The notes under the pieces are model-generated. The model worked only from the letters and a program-made list of their open reading frames with translations, searched no databases and was not told the origin of the DNA. The position numbers and the translations under genes are program-made. Shown piece after piece: positions 1 to 12,699 of a stretch of 64,000 nucleotides of DNA. Location: NCBI RefSeq assembly GCF_009914755.1, contig NC_060926.1; one strand, 5' to 3'. This DNA comes from the human T2T-CHM13v2.0 reference genome, Homo sapiens. How positions within the stretch are numbered: the first letter of the stretch is position 1; the number at the start of each line of letters is the position of its first letter.

Positions 1-9
1 TACACACAC

Positions 10-158
10 ATATTTGCTGGTATGTATAAAATTATGTACAAAAACATACAAAAAACTAAAATACCCCAATGAAAGATGAAACAAAAATGAACAAAATCAC
101 AAAAATAACAAAAAATAGCTGACTATCTCTCAGGGTAATTTTATCCAAATGTTATCAC
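10..158 (-). pseudogene. Candidate decayed transmembrane exon (exon 6-like) of a class II cytokine receptor pseudogene
   Basis: Minus strand ttgttcag|GT acceptor at 159/158 and possible TAT|GTGTGT donor at 10/9; 149 nt fits phase 1->0. Mixed frames read LFFVIFVILFIFVSSFIG / ILVFCMFLYIILYIPANM (hydrophobic run then a PxxL-like IPANM). T-rich DNA translates hydrophobic anyway, so support is mainly positional. Confidence 0.45.
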
Positions 159-580
159 CTGAACAAGTCTTCAGGTCGACATGTATATATTAGTCAATAT
201 AATTTGCTTTTGTATTCCATTTTCATTCCCAAACATCAGCACAGGAAACAGTTAAGTTTAATCATTGCTTAGAAAAACTCAGTCTGTAATCCAAAATACA
301 CAAAATAACATTTTTGACTTATTTTTATCAGCTATAGAATGTTACCTAGTGTGTTGCATCCTGTAGAGGCTTCATACGGGAGGTAAACTATCAACTTCAG
401 GAATATAATAGTTTGAATTTTATTTATTCCTTTTACAAACACAGTTTTAACATTTGGGATTCATTTTGGAGACCCCTGATAAAATCTATGAACCCGATCT
501 TCAGGAAAACACACATTCATACATATGCCCCCAAATCTGCATACAATTTCCTGGGTTTGTGCACCTTCCTTAGGTCAGGT

Positions 581-839
581 TGTGGCAGGACACCTGTGTC
601 CTCTACCAAAGGCCATAGCTCCTGTGGGTGGCCCTTGCCACACTTCTGTCCTCCCTGGGTTCTGGTAATTGCCCTGCTTCAGCCCTCTCGGATCAGGGCT
701 GGTAACAGTTGTTTCCAGCTGCATCATCCCTTGTTGCTCCCTAAATCCTGCCCACCCCTTGTAAACAGTCCCTTCAGTAAGTTCTCTCGGTTCCCTGTTT
801 AATTATGCCATCTGGTTCCTGCTGAGACCCAGTAATACA
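581..839 (+). mobile_element. LTR33-like ERVL LTR, 3' portion
   Basis: Ends ...cttgtaaacagtcccttcagtaag...tgccatctggttcctgctgagacccagtaataca, resembling the LTR33 3' end as I recall it. Confidence 0.55.
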
Positions 840-1530
840 GCCTCCAAAATACATCTGGGGACCAAAACCATTTTGAAAATCACTGACTTAAGGAACTGAA
901 GTCATTCTATATGAAGATCTTTCAATTATGCATTTTTTAAATTGCAAAACAGAAGCTAATTCTTTAACTGGTAAAATACTTTTAAAAATATAATCTTCTG
1001 TACAAGAATGTATTCTTTTATTTAGAGATTCTCGTGAACTCTCCAGGGCCTGCAGCTTGAGAAACATGGTGCTCAACTTATTTTCCTAGCTGGCTGCTGG
1101 GCATCACATGTATGATAGAATTGAAAACTTGAGTAAAAGACAGATTAATGGCCTCTACTGTTTGCCTCCAAGCTACAAGTCCTGTCATCCTGTCATGGAA
1201 GGAAATTAAAATTGTCTGATACATACTGAGTTTCATAAAGCCACACTGTTCCTCTCCAGGATCCTGTGTGCCTCTAGATGTCTATACCATAGATTTTTTT
1301 TTTTTTTTTGAGGATTTGATCAACAACCTCCACCTCAGGGTTGGAGCTGTGTAAACTAATCTTTAATTGTTAAGATCTCCCTTTGTTCCTTTTAAAAATA
1401 AATGAATTATACATGTTTTTTTCTTTCGCAATCCTCCAGGACTTTCTCTGTCTTTTAATGATCCTAAAACTATAGCCAGTGACTCTGCAAACCACTGTCT
1501 CCTAAAATGAATAACTGGAAAAAAACTTAC

Positions 1531-1646
1531 CATTTGCAGCCTGCTTCGTTATTCACTTCTCAATGATTTTCTCAATTTCTGATTTGTTTTTTCACTCCTC
1601 CCAAACAGAAGTCATTGAATCTAGAATCAATTTAACATTCGTTTTT
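1531..1646 (-). pseudogene. Decayed exon 5-like segment (second half of FN3 D2) of a class II cytokine receptor pseudogene
   Basis: cagttttttag|A acceptor and perfect AATG|GTAAGT donor. Removing one A from an A6 run gives a 115-nt phase 0->1 exon: KNEC*IDSRFNDFCLGGVKNKSEIEKIIEK*ITKQAAN-G. FCLG...(C)IT resembles the YCVxV...CxxT motif, with TGA at the second Cys. Confidence 0.6.
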
Positions 1647-1923
1647 CTAAAAAACTGAGCATAGCAGTTTTCACTTGAGAACAAGAGCCATTAAACCACT
1701 TTTTCCCCTTGAAACATTAAGCCTGATTTAAATATTTTTTTTATTAGTATAAAGTAGTTTAGAAATTCATTAGGCAAACAACTTAGACCAGTATCATATT
1801 TTGCAGAGGACTGGTCTAGAATTAACCTACCAAAAAGTAGTAATTTAGGGTTGTGTCTATTTTTCTAAATTTCTAATATTCTTGGAAAAGCTATTCCACC
1901 TATAGTAGCTTAATTGTTAACAC

Positions 1924-2082
1924 CGTGAAGCACTGTGGATGTTCCAAGGTTACAGACATTATCTGGGTCATCAGATTTTGCCCATTCCTTGTTAAAACAG
2001 GAAGATGGATCTTTAAAAATCTAGATGCTTTTCATATCCAAATCAACTTATTTTTTCATTTGAGTTCAAGTTTGTACATTTC
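1924..2082 (-). pseudogene. Decayed exon 4-like segment (first half of FN3 D2)
   Basis: Weak ggtag| acceptor and ACG|GTGTTA donor. The phase-1 frame reads NVQT*TQMKK*VDLDMKSI*IFKDPSSCF..., resembling the DEKSIsVvLtaP strand of IL20RA-type D2; the alternative frame ends MSVTLEHPQCFT at phase 0. Confidence 0.45.
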
Positions 2083-2369
2083 CTACCAGCATTCCAACCA
2101 ACAAAAACCAATGATGAGATGAAATAAAATGACACCCAGGTTCCACTTACTCTAGGTAAATGATCAGCAGTGACCACGAGCCCTCTACTCAGATCTGTTT
2201 CCTACACTTCACAGTCCTACTTTCAGTGCTATCTTCTTCCTTCCACTAGGACCCCAGAGGACTCACCTCTTAAAGAGCCAGTCCAAAGTTGGTTTAAGGC
2301 TACAATGCTATGAACTCGCTCCAAGTAAACAAGCAAATGACAGAACAAATATATTTATAAAGAATCTAC

Positions 2370-2900
2370 TTTCTGTAAGTCACAAGACTAGGTGTTATGA
2401 GAGAACAAGATACAGCCAGCTCCATTAAGCAATTTGCAACCTAGTAAGTTCAAGGCACTAAGACAAATGTGTGAATGACTAGAACTCAAAGGATAATCTG
2501 ATAGACTCCAAAAAATAGGTAGACATACAAGTGTTTTGAGAGGTTAAACAAAGAAAATGATACTATGGAGCTGAGAGGGTTTGAAAGGGTTTCTTGGCTA
2601 AGGTGGATATTTGAGATGAGCTTTACTTAAGGGTATTTTGATAGAGGTTCTAGCGGAGGTGTTGTCACTAAAAGGAAAAGCATTAAGAAAAAATGAGGAA
2701 AAGACAGGACATATGACTAGAATGGTGAAGAATCCTGGTTGGCTGAATCTGGAAATGTAGTTTGGGAGTCTATTAGGTAGGGTCCTAAAAGTCAGGTTAA
2801 GAAGATGGGACCATATTGGCCAGGCAATGGGAAGTTGTTCAAAAGTGTAAAAGCACTGGTTCTTTTTCAGATAAAGATCACTAAGAAGAAACACCTGGAT
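2370..2900 (-). mobile_element. L2 fragment(s), highly diverged
   Basis: Purine-rich L2-like phrases (atttgagatgagcttt, ggccaggcaatgggaag). Confidence 0.4.
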
Positions 2901-3349
2901 GTAGATGACCAATACTTGATCGGCTACATTTCACAATTTCCAAGGTGGTGGTAGGTGGTCAGGGGGAGATGGATTAAAGATAAGATGAGGCCTCCAAAGA
3001 CACTATTTGCTTGTTAGTCAGTTCCCTTACTTGTGAAGGTCAGTGGCTTCAAATTTTTACCTAAAAAGTCAAGCCGCTTACATATTTCAGAATAAAAATT
3101 GCCTTTTCACGTGAAAGACCATGTGCTTCCAAAGTCTTCTTATGTTAAAAGGCTAAGGAGAGTTCAAATATGACACAGCCTGAATAGAGGCTGTGGGAGA
3201 CAGTGGTGTTGAAATGACTGATGAGTGAGAGATGTCAGTGATGATCTCAGCATCTATGCAGATAAAACCTTTTACGGTTTTGTGGCTAATAAAAAATTAG
3301 TTTTTCCAAAAAAAATGTATAAAATTTAATTCATTAAAAAGTAAAGTCT

Positions 3350-3700
3350 CAGTGAAATTCTGATACATGCTACAACATGGATAAACCTCAGGATATTATG
3401 CTAAGTGAAATACTACACACATACAGATAAATATTGTACGATTTCACTTATATGAGGTACTTAGAGTAGACAAATTCACAGAGAAAGAAAGTAGGATACT
3501 GGTTACCAGGGGCTGAGAAAAAGAGGAAGTGGGATTCATTGTTTTATGAGCACAGAGTTTCAGTTTGGGATGACGAAAAAGTTCTGAAGATGGATAATGG
3601 TGATAGTTGCACAATAACGTGAATGTATTTAATGCTACTGAACTGTACATGCAAAAGTGTTAAAATGATAAATGTTATGTAAGTTTCACTATCACAAAAA
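3350..3700 (+). mobile_element. L1MB-type 3' UTR fragment
   Basis: gaaattctgatacatgctacaacatggataaacctc...tatgctaagtgaaata...gtagacaaattcacagag...aatgctactgaactgtac. Confidence 0.75.
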
Positions 3701-6052
3701 TGTAAAGGCTCAGTGAGGTCTATTTTGTGGTTTTTATAATAACACATTCTAATTTGCTAATTTTATTAATTTACTCATTGCTGATACTCATGCCTGCTGG
3801 TTGGCATTTCTACGTGGGCTTCTCTGATCTACAGGAGTTAAGTGGCTCTAAGAAGGTTCTGTGGTGAGTGATGAGTCACTCAGCAAAGGAGTTGAGTATG
3901 GTAATGGCTACCAGCAGGGAGACCGTGTAGCCCCATGTTCTTATCTCCAATATAAGACTGTATCTGCCAAGAAGTCCTAAATCTTTGAATCCGGCAGTTC
4001 AGGCATTCTTGCTCAAGACAGCATAGCTGACTGAAGTTATTTTTAAAGCACAGTTTATCAGACTCAGGAATGCAGTGAGAAGATATGACTGACACATCAA
4101 TAGCTATCAGAAAGAATGATTAAATCTAAAATACTAGAGAGAAGAGAAGAAGGTAGACACACCAGGGAGTATTTCTACAGGATCAAAGGCTGTAAATTTA
4201 AAATGGAATTTTCCTGCATCAATCCAATAGGCATTACCCTGGGTATAAATACTCTGGTGTCTCAATAATGGAAGAACAACTAATAAGTTAATTTATCTTT
4301 TCAGGTTGTCATAGCATACATGGGACTCTGTGGGGTCAAAATATGTTGCTAGAGAAAGATAGAAATTATCATGAAGTGAAGGGAAATAATAAGAAAAAAA
4401 TGAAAGGAAATATTGAGAGGGAAGGGAGACTAGTAAGCAAGGAGAACAGTTGTGGAAGGATATTATGAGAAGAAGTTTACTGGGGGTTCTGCAAGAGGGA
4501 GAGCTATTATACCCCAAGGCATTGCAAACATCTACGAAGGCTGCATGAAATATTTTGGGAAGAGAATCAAAACATGCCAGAAAAAAAGAGAAAACTTAAA
4601 GCCAGGGTTGTGACCGGGGCTTACAGCTGATACTAAACATGAAGGCTAAGGTTTAAAGCTCATGTAGACATGAGGCCTCATGTCAGGTGAGGTGGATATT
4701 GGAACTAATACCCAGCTGAAGAAATCCTCCCACCTACACAGGAGATTCTAGTGAATCTAGTTTGTCTCTGTTTAACAAGCAATAGGAAAAAAATACAATT
4801 CCCTAAGAAAGTCAAACTCCATGCCTGAGTCTGGCTTGGAATTTGAATTTATTTCAGGAACTCTCATTTTAAAAGATACACAGAAAATTGGGTCATGGAA
4901 CAGAGACACCCCTGGTGCTCCTAGCATAATAAATGCAAAACCACATGGGGAAGCAGACACACCCAGGTGACACATGATTCTCACAAAATAGCCAGCCTCG
5001 TTGAAGATAAGCTCATGATAGAAAGTCACAGAATAAGCAAGTAACAATATTTGTGTGAGGCACAGTCAACAGGAGGATTAGACCCAAGAATGTGACTAGA
5101 ATTGGGCCTTAAAGAAAGCAACTGTCATATAATAGCTTTAAAATCATCAAAGCTATACCAGAAGTAACTAAAACACAAGAATAAAAAATGTGAAAAGACA
5201 TGTGAGGATCATGGCGGACGCGAGGCAAGACTAGATTGCAACTCCGACTGGGACAGACAGAGGTGTGTGGAGGCTCGCATCATGAATTTTTGCTCCACAA
5301 CGACTGCAGGAATAAATCAGAAAACTTCGGAGGACCCACAAACCCCCTGAAGAAAGCAGATTGCTCCTGCAGGGCCCGGGAGACAACCCAAATACTCTGC
5401 GTGCCCAAACTGGAAGTAGGAAAGGGAGATTGTCTGCCCCCAAACACACCTCCCCACTGGAGAAACTGAAGGCCTAGATTATGGGAGAAGATTTTGACCT
5501 TACCTGGAGCTGAGTAAATTTAGAAAGCCAGTGAAATACAGGGGTAGAGGAAGCAGTGGGAAAAGCCGTGGGAGCTCGCTGGGTCCCCTGGCAAGCTGTT
5601 TTTGCCTGGCCTCACAGAGGCGCTTTGGGAGGATGGCCAAAGGTGCTGGGAAAAGGCCACAGGGAGAAGGAAATCTCCAGCTGAATTTTGTAACAATTTG
5701 AACTGAGGGAGAAGTCTCCTGGCCAGAACTTGGGGCAGCGCGTCAATCTATCTGGTGTGCTGACTCCACAGGTGGGGGAACAAAGAAAGCCATAGTTGCT
5801 TTTGCAGCTGGGAGGCAGGTAGCCTGGGGCAAGTTCTCAGCTCAGGTAGCTGAAGACAAAAGGCCTATACTCTTGGGAGTTCTGAGGCCCCGCCCACCAC
5901 CTGTTACTCCTATCCTATCACAGCTGATGCTCTCTGGAAAGCACCACCTCCTGGCCAGAGGCCAACCAGCGCAAAACCGGTGCATTAAACCACCGAAGCT
6001 AAGAACCCCCCAGAGTCCATTTCACCCCTCTGCCACCTCCACTGGAACAGGT

Positions 6053-6528
6053 TGTTAGATATGAGTTCTAAATTTCTTTTCAAAGAATCAATATGTCAGT
6101 ATGTTCAATTCTTTACCGTCTACTTTTAAACTTAACTTTCTCATAAAGCAACCCTTTTTGATTACCTGCTCCACCCTGACTCATTTCAGTTACCTGTTCC
6201 ATCCTGACTCATTCTGATTACCTGCTGTGTCATAACCATTTTTCCCGCCAAACCACTCACCCCCGTCACTCTCTTTAAATTAGCCAGTCGGAATTAGTTT
6301 AGCTTGTGTGGTCTAACTCTAGCCAAGAGGGGAAGGACACAGCAGCAGGGGCCACGCGCGTCAGGGATAAGAACCCCTTCCCCTCCCTTGTCCAAGTGTG
6401 TACTCACCATTGCTTCATCTGTAAGGGTGCACACTTCTACAGAAGTACCTTGCCTTGCTGAGAATTAAAAAGAAAATTTTATATTCGAGTGCTATTTCTT
6501 TTGCAGCACCAAAACTTTATATATAACA
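6053..6528 (+). mobile_element. Solo LTR10 (LTR10F-like, HERV-IP10) inserted in the L1PB 5' UTR
   Basis: TGTTA...TAACA termini, 4-bp TSD AGGT (6049-6052 / 6529-6532), LTR10F-type start tgttagatatgagttctaaatttc, and an internal 28-bp repeat containing TGACTCA. Confidence 0.9.
6177..6211 (+). promoter_or_regulatory. Two AP-1 motifs (TGACTCA) in the LTR10 28-bp tandem repeat
   Basis: TGACTCA at 6177-6183 and 6205-6211, 28 bp apart. Confidence 0.6.
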
Positions 6529-6881
6529 AGGTGCTGGTATCCATGGCTGAGAGACCCAGGTGGTTCACATCATAGGACTCAGCAGACAACCCCCAGTACC
6601 AGCCAGGAGCCTGGTAGACTCACTAGGCGGCTAGATCCAAAAGACAGATAACAATCACTACAGCTTGGCTCTCAGGAAGCCACATCCATAGGAAAAGGGG
6701 GAAAGTACTACATCAAGGCAACACCCCGTGGGAAAAAAGAATCTGAACAACAGCCTTCAGCCCTAGGCCTTCCCTCTGACAGAGCCTACATAAATGAGAA
6801 AGAACCAGAAAACCAACTCTGGTAAAATGGCAAAACAAGGCTCTTTACCACCTGCCAAAAAATCACACTAGCTCACCAGCA

Positions 6882-7806
6882 ATGGGCCCAAACCAAGAAG
6901 AAATCCCTGATTTATCTGAAAAAGAATTCAGGAGGTTAGTTATTAAGCTAATCAGAAAGGCACCAGAGAAAGACAAAGCCCAGTGTAAGGAAATCCAAAA
7001 AATGATAAAAGAAGTAAAGGGAGAAATATTCAAGGAAATAGATAGTATAAATAAAAAACAATCAAAACTTCAGGAAACAATGGACATGCTTATAGCAATG
7101 CAAAATGCTCTGGCAAGTCTCAGCAATAGAATTGAACAAGTAGAAGAAAGAACTTCAGAGCTCAAAGACAAGGTCTTCGAATTAACCCAATCCAACAAAG
7201 ACGAAGAAAAAAGAATAAGAAAATATGAACAAAGCCTCTCCAAGAAGTCTGGGATTATGTTAAATGACCAAACCTAAGAATAGTCGGTGCTCCTGAGGAA
7301 GAAGAGAAATCTAAAAGTATGGAAAACATATTTGGGGGAATCATCAACGAAAATTTCCCTGGCCTTGTGAGAGACCTAGACAACCAAATACAAGAAGTAC
7401 AAAGAACACCTGGGAAATTCAACGCAAAAAGATCACCTAGGCATAGTCATCAGGTTATCTAAAGTAAAGATGAAGGAAAGAATCTTAAGAGCTGTGAAAC
7501 AGAAGCACCAGGTAACCTGTAAAGGAAAACCTACCAGATTAAAAGCAGATTTCTCAGCAGAAACCCTATAAGCTAGAAGGGATTGGGGCCCTATCTTCAG
7601 CCTCCTCAAAACAATTATCAGCCAAGAATTTTGTATTCAGCAAAACTAAGTTTCATATAAGAAGGAAAGATACAGTCTTTTTCACACAAAGAAATGCTGA
7701 GAGAATTTGCCACTACAAAGCCACCACTACAAGAACTGCTAAAAGGAGCTCTAAATCTTGAAACAAATCCTGAAAACACATCAAAACAGAACCTCTTTAA
7801 AGCATG
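6882..7806 (+). pseudogene. Disrupted L1 ORF1p (coiled-coil/RRM/CTD) of the L1PB
   Basis: ORF 6882-7277 (DLSEKEFRRLVIKLI...SLSNRIEQVEERTSELKD) followed by frameshifts. Confidence 0.85.
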
Positions 7807-7885
7807 AATCTCATAGGACCTATAAAACAAAAATACAATTTAAAAAACAAAAACAAAAAACCAACATATACAGGCAAAAAATAGC

Positions 7886-10800
7886 ATGATGAATGGAACT
7901 GTACCTCACATCTCAATACTAACAGTGAATGTAAAGAGCCTAAGTACTCCACTTAAAAGATACAGAATTGCAGAATGGATAAGAATTCATCAACCAACTA
8001 TCTGTTGCCTTAAAGAGACTCACCCAGCACATAAGGATGTACACAAACTTCAGGTAAAGGGGTGGAAAAAGACATTTCATGCAAATGGACACCAAAAGCA
8101 AGCAGGAATAGCTAGTCTTATATCAGACAAAACAAATTTAAAGCAACAGCATTAAAAGAGACAAAAGGGGACATTACATAATGATAAAAGGCCTTGTCCA
8201 ACAGGAAAATATCACAAATCTAAACATATATGCACCTAACACTGGAGCTCCCAAATTTATAAAACAAGTGATAATAGACCTAAGAAATGAGATAGACAGC
8301 AACACAATAATAGTGGGGGACTTCAATACTCCATGGACAGCACTAGACAGGTCATCAAGACAGAAAGTCAACAAAGAAACAATGGATTTAAACTATACCC
8401 TGAAACAAATGGACTTAACAGATATATACAGAACATTCCATGCAACAACCACAGAATATACATTCTACTCAACAGTGCATGAAACTTTCTGCAAGATAGA
8501 CCATATGATAGGCAACAAAACAAGACTCACGAAATTCAAGAAAATTGAAATTATATCAAGCACTCTCTCAGACCACAGTGGAATAAAACTAGAAATCAAC
8601 TCCAAAAGGAATCTTCAAAACCATGCAAATACATGGAAATTAAATAACCTGCTCTTGAATGATCATGGGGTCAACAATGAAATCAAGATGGAAATTAAAG
8701 GCCAGGTGCAGTGGCTCACGCCTGTAATCCCAGCACTTTGGGAGGCTGAGGTGGGCAGATCATGAGGTCAGGAGATCGAGACCATCCTGGCTAACATGGT
8801 GAAACCCTGTCTCTACTAAAAATACAAAAAATTAGCCAGGCGTGGTGGCAGGCGCCTGTAGTCCTACCTACTCGGGAGGCTGAAGCAAGAGAATGGCATG
8901 AACCTGGGAGGCGGAGCTTGCAGTGAGCCGAGATCGCGCCACTGCACACGAGCCTGGGCGACAGAGCAAAACTCTGTCTCAAAAAAAGAAAAAAAAGATT
9001 GAAATTAAAAAATTCTTCATATTGAGCAACAATAGTAACACAACCTATCAAAACCTCTGGGACACAGCAAAGGTGGTGCTAACAGGAAAGTTCATAGCCC
9101 TAAACGCCTACATCAAAAAGGAGGGAATAGCACAAACAGACAATCAAAGGTCACACCTCAAGGAACTAGAGAAACAAGAACAAACCAAACCAAACCCAAA
9201 CTCAGCAGAAGAAAGGAAATAACCAAGATCGGAGCAGGACTAAATGAAATTTAAAAAAAAATACAGAAGATAAATGAAACAAAAAGCTGGTTCTTTGAAA
9301 AGATAAATAAAACTGATAGACCATTAGCAAGAATTAACCAAGAAAAGAAGACAGAAAATCCAAATAAGCTCAATAAGAAATGAAATGGGAGATATTACAA
9401 CTGACACCACAGAAATACAAAAGAGTATTCAAGGCTACTATGAAGACCTTTATGTGCATGAACTAGAAAACTTAGAAGAGATAGATAAATTACTGGAAAG
9501 ATACAACCCTCCTAGCTTAAATCAGGAAGAATTAGATACCCTGAACAGACCAATAACAAGCAGCGAGATTGAAATCATAATTTTAAAAATTACCAACAAA
9601 AAAGAGTCCAGGACCAGACAGATTCACAGCAGAATTCTACCAGATATTTAAAGAAGAATTGGTATGAAGCCTATTGACACTATTCCATAAGATAGAGAAA
9701 GAGGGAACCTACCCTTAGTCATTCTATGAAGCAAGTATCACCTAAGTACCAAAACCAGGAAAAAGCATAACCAAAAAAGAAAACTACAGACCAATATCTC
9801 TGATGAACACAGATGCTAAAATCCTTAACAAAATACTAGCCAACCAAATCCAACAACATATCAAAAAGATAATCCACCATGATCAAGTGGGTTTCATACC
9901 AGGGATGCAGGGATGGTTTAACATATGCAAATCAATAAATGTGATACACCACATAAACAGAATTAAAAACAAAAATCACATGATCATCTCAATTGATGCA
10001 GAAAAAGCATTAGACAAAATCCAGCATCTCTTTATTATTAAAACTCTCAGCAAAATCAACACACAAAGGACATACCTCAATATAATAAAAGCCATCTATG
10101 ACAAACCCACAGCCAACATAGTACTTAAAGGGGAAAAGTTGAAAGCATTCCCCCTGAGAACTGGAACAAGACAAGGATGTCCACTCTTACCACTCCTCTT
10201 CAATGTAGTACTGGAAGTCCTAGCCAGAGCCATCAGACAAGAGAAAAAAATAAAGGGCATCCAAATCAGTAGAGATTTTGCTGTTTGCTGATGATATGAT
10301 TGTTTACCTAGAAAACCCTAAAGATTCCTCCAGAAAGCTCCTAGAACTGCTAAGAAAAATTCAGCAAAGTTTCCAGATGCAAAATCAATGTAGTAGCTCT
10401 TCTATACACCAACAGTGACCAAGCTGAGAATCAAATCAAGAACTCAACCCCTTTTACAATAGTTGCAAAAAAAATTACTTAGGAGTATACCTAACCAAGG
10501 AGGTGAAAGACCTCTATAAGGAAAACTACAAAACGCTGCTGGAAGAAATCATAGACAATACAAACAAATGCAAACACATCCCATGCCCATGGATGGGTAG
10601 ATCAATATTGTGAAAATGACCATACTGCCAAAAGCAATCTACAAATTCAATGCAATCCCCATCAAAATACCATCATTCTTCTCAGAATTAGAAAAAACAA
10701 TTCTAAAATTCATATGGAACCAAAAAAGAGCCTACATAGCCAAAGCAAGACTAAGCAAAAAGAACAAATCTTGAGGCATCACATTACCTGATTTCAAACT

Positions 10801-11815
10801 ATACTATACGGCCATAGTCACCAAAACAGCATGGTACTGGTATAAATATAGGCACGTAGATCAATGGAACAGAATAGAGAACCCCAAAATAAACTCAAAT
10901 ACTTACAGCCAAGTGATCTTTGACAAAGCAAACAAAAACATAAAATGGGGAAAGGACACTCTTTTCCAAACAAATGGTGCAGAAATAATTGGCTAGCCAC
11001 ATGTGGGACAATGAAACTGGATCCTCACCTCTCACCTTATAAAAAATCAACTTAAGATGGATTAAGGACTTAAATATAAGACCTGAAACTATAAAAATTC
11101 TAGGAGATAACATTGGAAAAGCCCTTCTAGACATTGGCTTAGGCAAGGATTTCACGACCAAGAGCCCAAAAGCAAATGCAATAAAAACAAAAATAAATTG
11201 TTGGGACTTAATTAAACTAAAGAGTTTTTGCACAGCAAAGAAACAGTCAGCAGAGTAAACAGACAACCCACAGAGTGGGAAAAAATCTTCACAATCTATA
11301 CATCTGACAAAGGTCTAATCCAGAATCTACAACAAACTCAAACAAATTAGTAAGGAAAAAAACAAACAATCCCAGCAACAAGTAGGCTAAGGACATGAAT
11401 AGACAATTCTAAAAAGAAGATATACAAATGGCCAACAAACATATAAAAAATGCTCAACATCACTAATGATCAGGGAAATGCAAATCAAAACCACAGCGGG
11501 ATACCACCTTACTCCTGCAAGAAGGGCCATAATCAAAAAGTCAAAAACATGGATGTGGTAAACAGGGAACACTTCTACACTGCTGGAGGAAATGTAAACT
11601 AGTACAACCACTACGGAAAACAGTGTGGAGATACCTTAAGGAACTAAAAGTAGAACTACCATTTGATGCAGCATTCCCACTACTGGGTATCTACCCAGAG
11701 GAAAATAAGTCATTATATGAAAAAGATACTTGCACATGCATGTTTATAGCAGCACAATTCACAATTGCAAAAATGTGGAACCAACCCAAATGCCCAATCA
11801 ACAAGTGGATAAACT
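7886..11815 (+). pseudogene. Disrupted L1 ORF2p (endonuclease + reverse transcriptase)
   Basis: Fragments [53 protein letters not shown] and the FADD-encoding tttgctgatgat; multiple stops, frameshifts and an Alu insertion. Confidence 0.9.
8700..8994 (+). mobile_element. AluY inserted in L1 ORF2
   Basis: AluY diagnostics (gagatcgagaccatcctggctaac, ggagcttgcagtgagccgagatcgcgcc); TSD aagatggaaattaaa 8685-8699 / aagattgaaattaaa 8995-9009. Confidence 0.93.
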
Positions 11816-11818
11816 GTG

Positions 11819-11926
11819 ATATATATATATATATATATATATCATATCACATATCATATCACATATATATATCATATCACATATCATATCACATATATAT
11901 CATATCATATCACATATATATATCAC
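11819..11926. repeat. Compound (TA)n/(ATATCATATCAC)n microsatellite inside the L1
   Basis: Directly visible. Confidence 0.9.
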
Positions 11927-12378
11927 AGATAGATGTATAGTAGTATTCATATATATGTATGAATACTACTCAGCCTTAAAAAGGAATGAATTAATAGCAT
12001 TCGCAGCAACTTGGATGGGACTGGAGACTATTATTTTAAGTGAAGTAACTCAGGAATGGAAAACCAAACACCATATGTTCTCACTCATAAGTGGGAGGTG
12101 AGCTATGAGGATGCAAAGGCATAAGAATGACACAATGGACTTTGGGGACTCAGAGGGAAAGGGTGGGAAGTGGGTGAGGGATAAAAGACTACAAATAGAG
12201 TGCAGTGTATACTGCTCGGGTGATGAGTGGACCAAAATCTCACAGATCACCACTAAATAACTTACTGATGTAACCAAACACCTCCTGTTCCCCCAATAAC
12301 CTATGGAAATAAAAAAATTTTAAAAAAACTTTTTGAAAGAAATATGAAAAGACAAGTTTGCTTCGAATGATAATGTTA

Positions 12379-12404
12379 ATGATGATGATGATGATGATGA
12401 TGAT
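12379..12404. repeat. (ATG)n microsatellite
   Basis: About 8 ATG units. Confidence 0.9.
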
Positions 12405-12419
12405 AGCATAGCACTGACC

Positions 12420-12645
12420 ACACACTCCACACTCTATTTTTGCAAATAACTCATTTAATCCTCATAACATTATAGTATTATAATTGTGTTATGAGGCATT
12501 ATTATTTTCCCATTTTATAGTTGAGGAAACTAAAGGACAGTGAAGTTAAGTAACTTGCCCTGGGTCATAGATCTAATAAGTGACGGAATTGACATTCACA
12601 AGGGCATTCTTTATTTGGAGTACAGGTCCTTAAGCACTATACTAA
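12420..12645 (-). mobile_element. MIR
   Basis: Core ctcatttaatcctcataac...cccattttatagttgaggaaact...gttaagtaacttgccc. Confidence 0.8.
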
Positions 12646-12699
12646 ATTAAGAACTAAGTCTATTTCCAAATGAAATTTCAAAAGAACTTCAGGATTTGA

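Larger units (their letters stand above)
5201..12339 (+). mobile_element. Full-length, dead L1PB (L1PB1-like) with 15-bp TSD
   Basis: 5' UTR begins gatcatggcggac; ORF1 and ORF2 remnants follow; L1PB1-type 3' end and A-tail. TSD aaatgtgaaaagaca (5186-5200) / aaatatgaaaagaca (12340-12354). Confidence 0.92.

Noticed and set aside
340-420. Minus-strand TAG|GTAACA donor-like site
   Set aside because: No matching acceptor or recognisable motif; the upstream side runs into a probable hAT remnant (~440-550).
888-1076. Minus-strand 62-aa ORF lying between pseudo-exons 5 and 6
   Set aside because: No convincing acceptor or donor, and no place for it in the class II receptor exon pattern.
6882-11940. 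L1 ORFs as an active retrotransposon
   Set aside because: Many stops and frameshifts plus an Alu inside ORF2.
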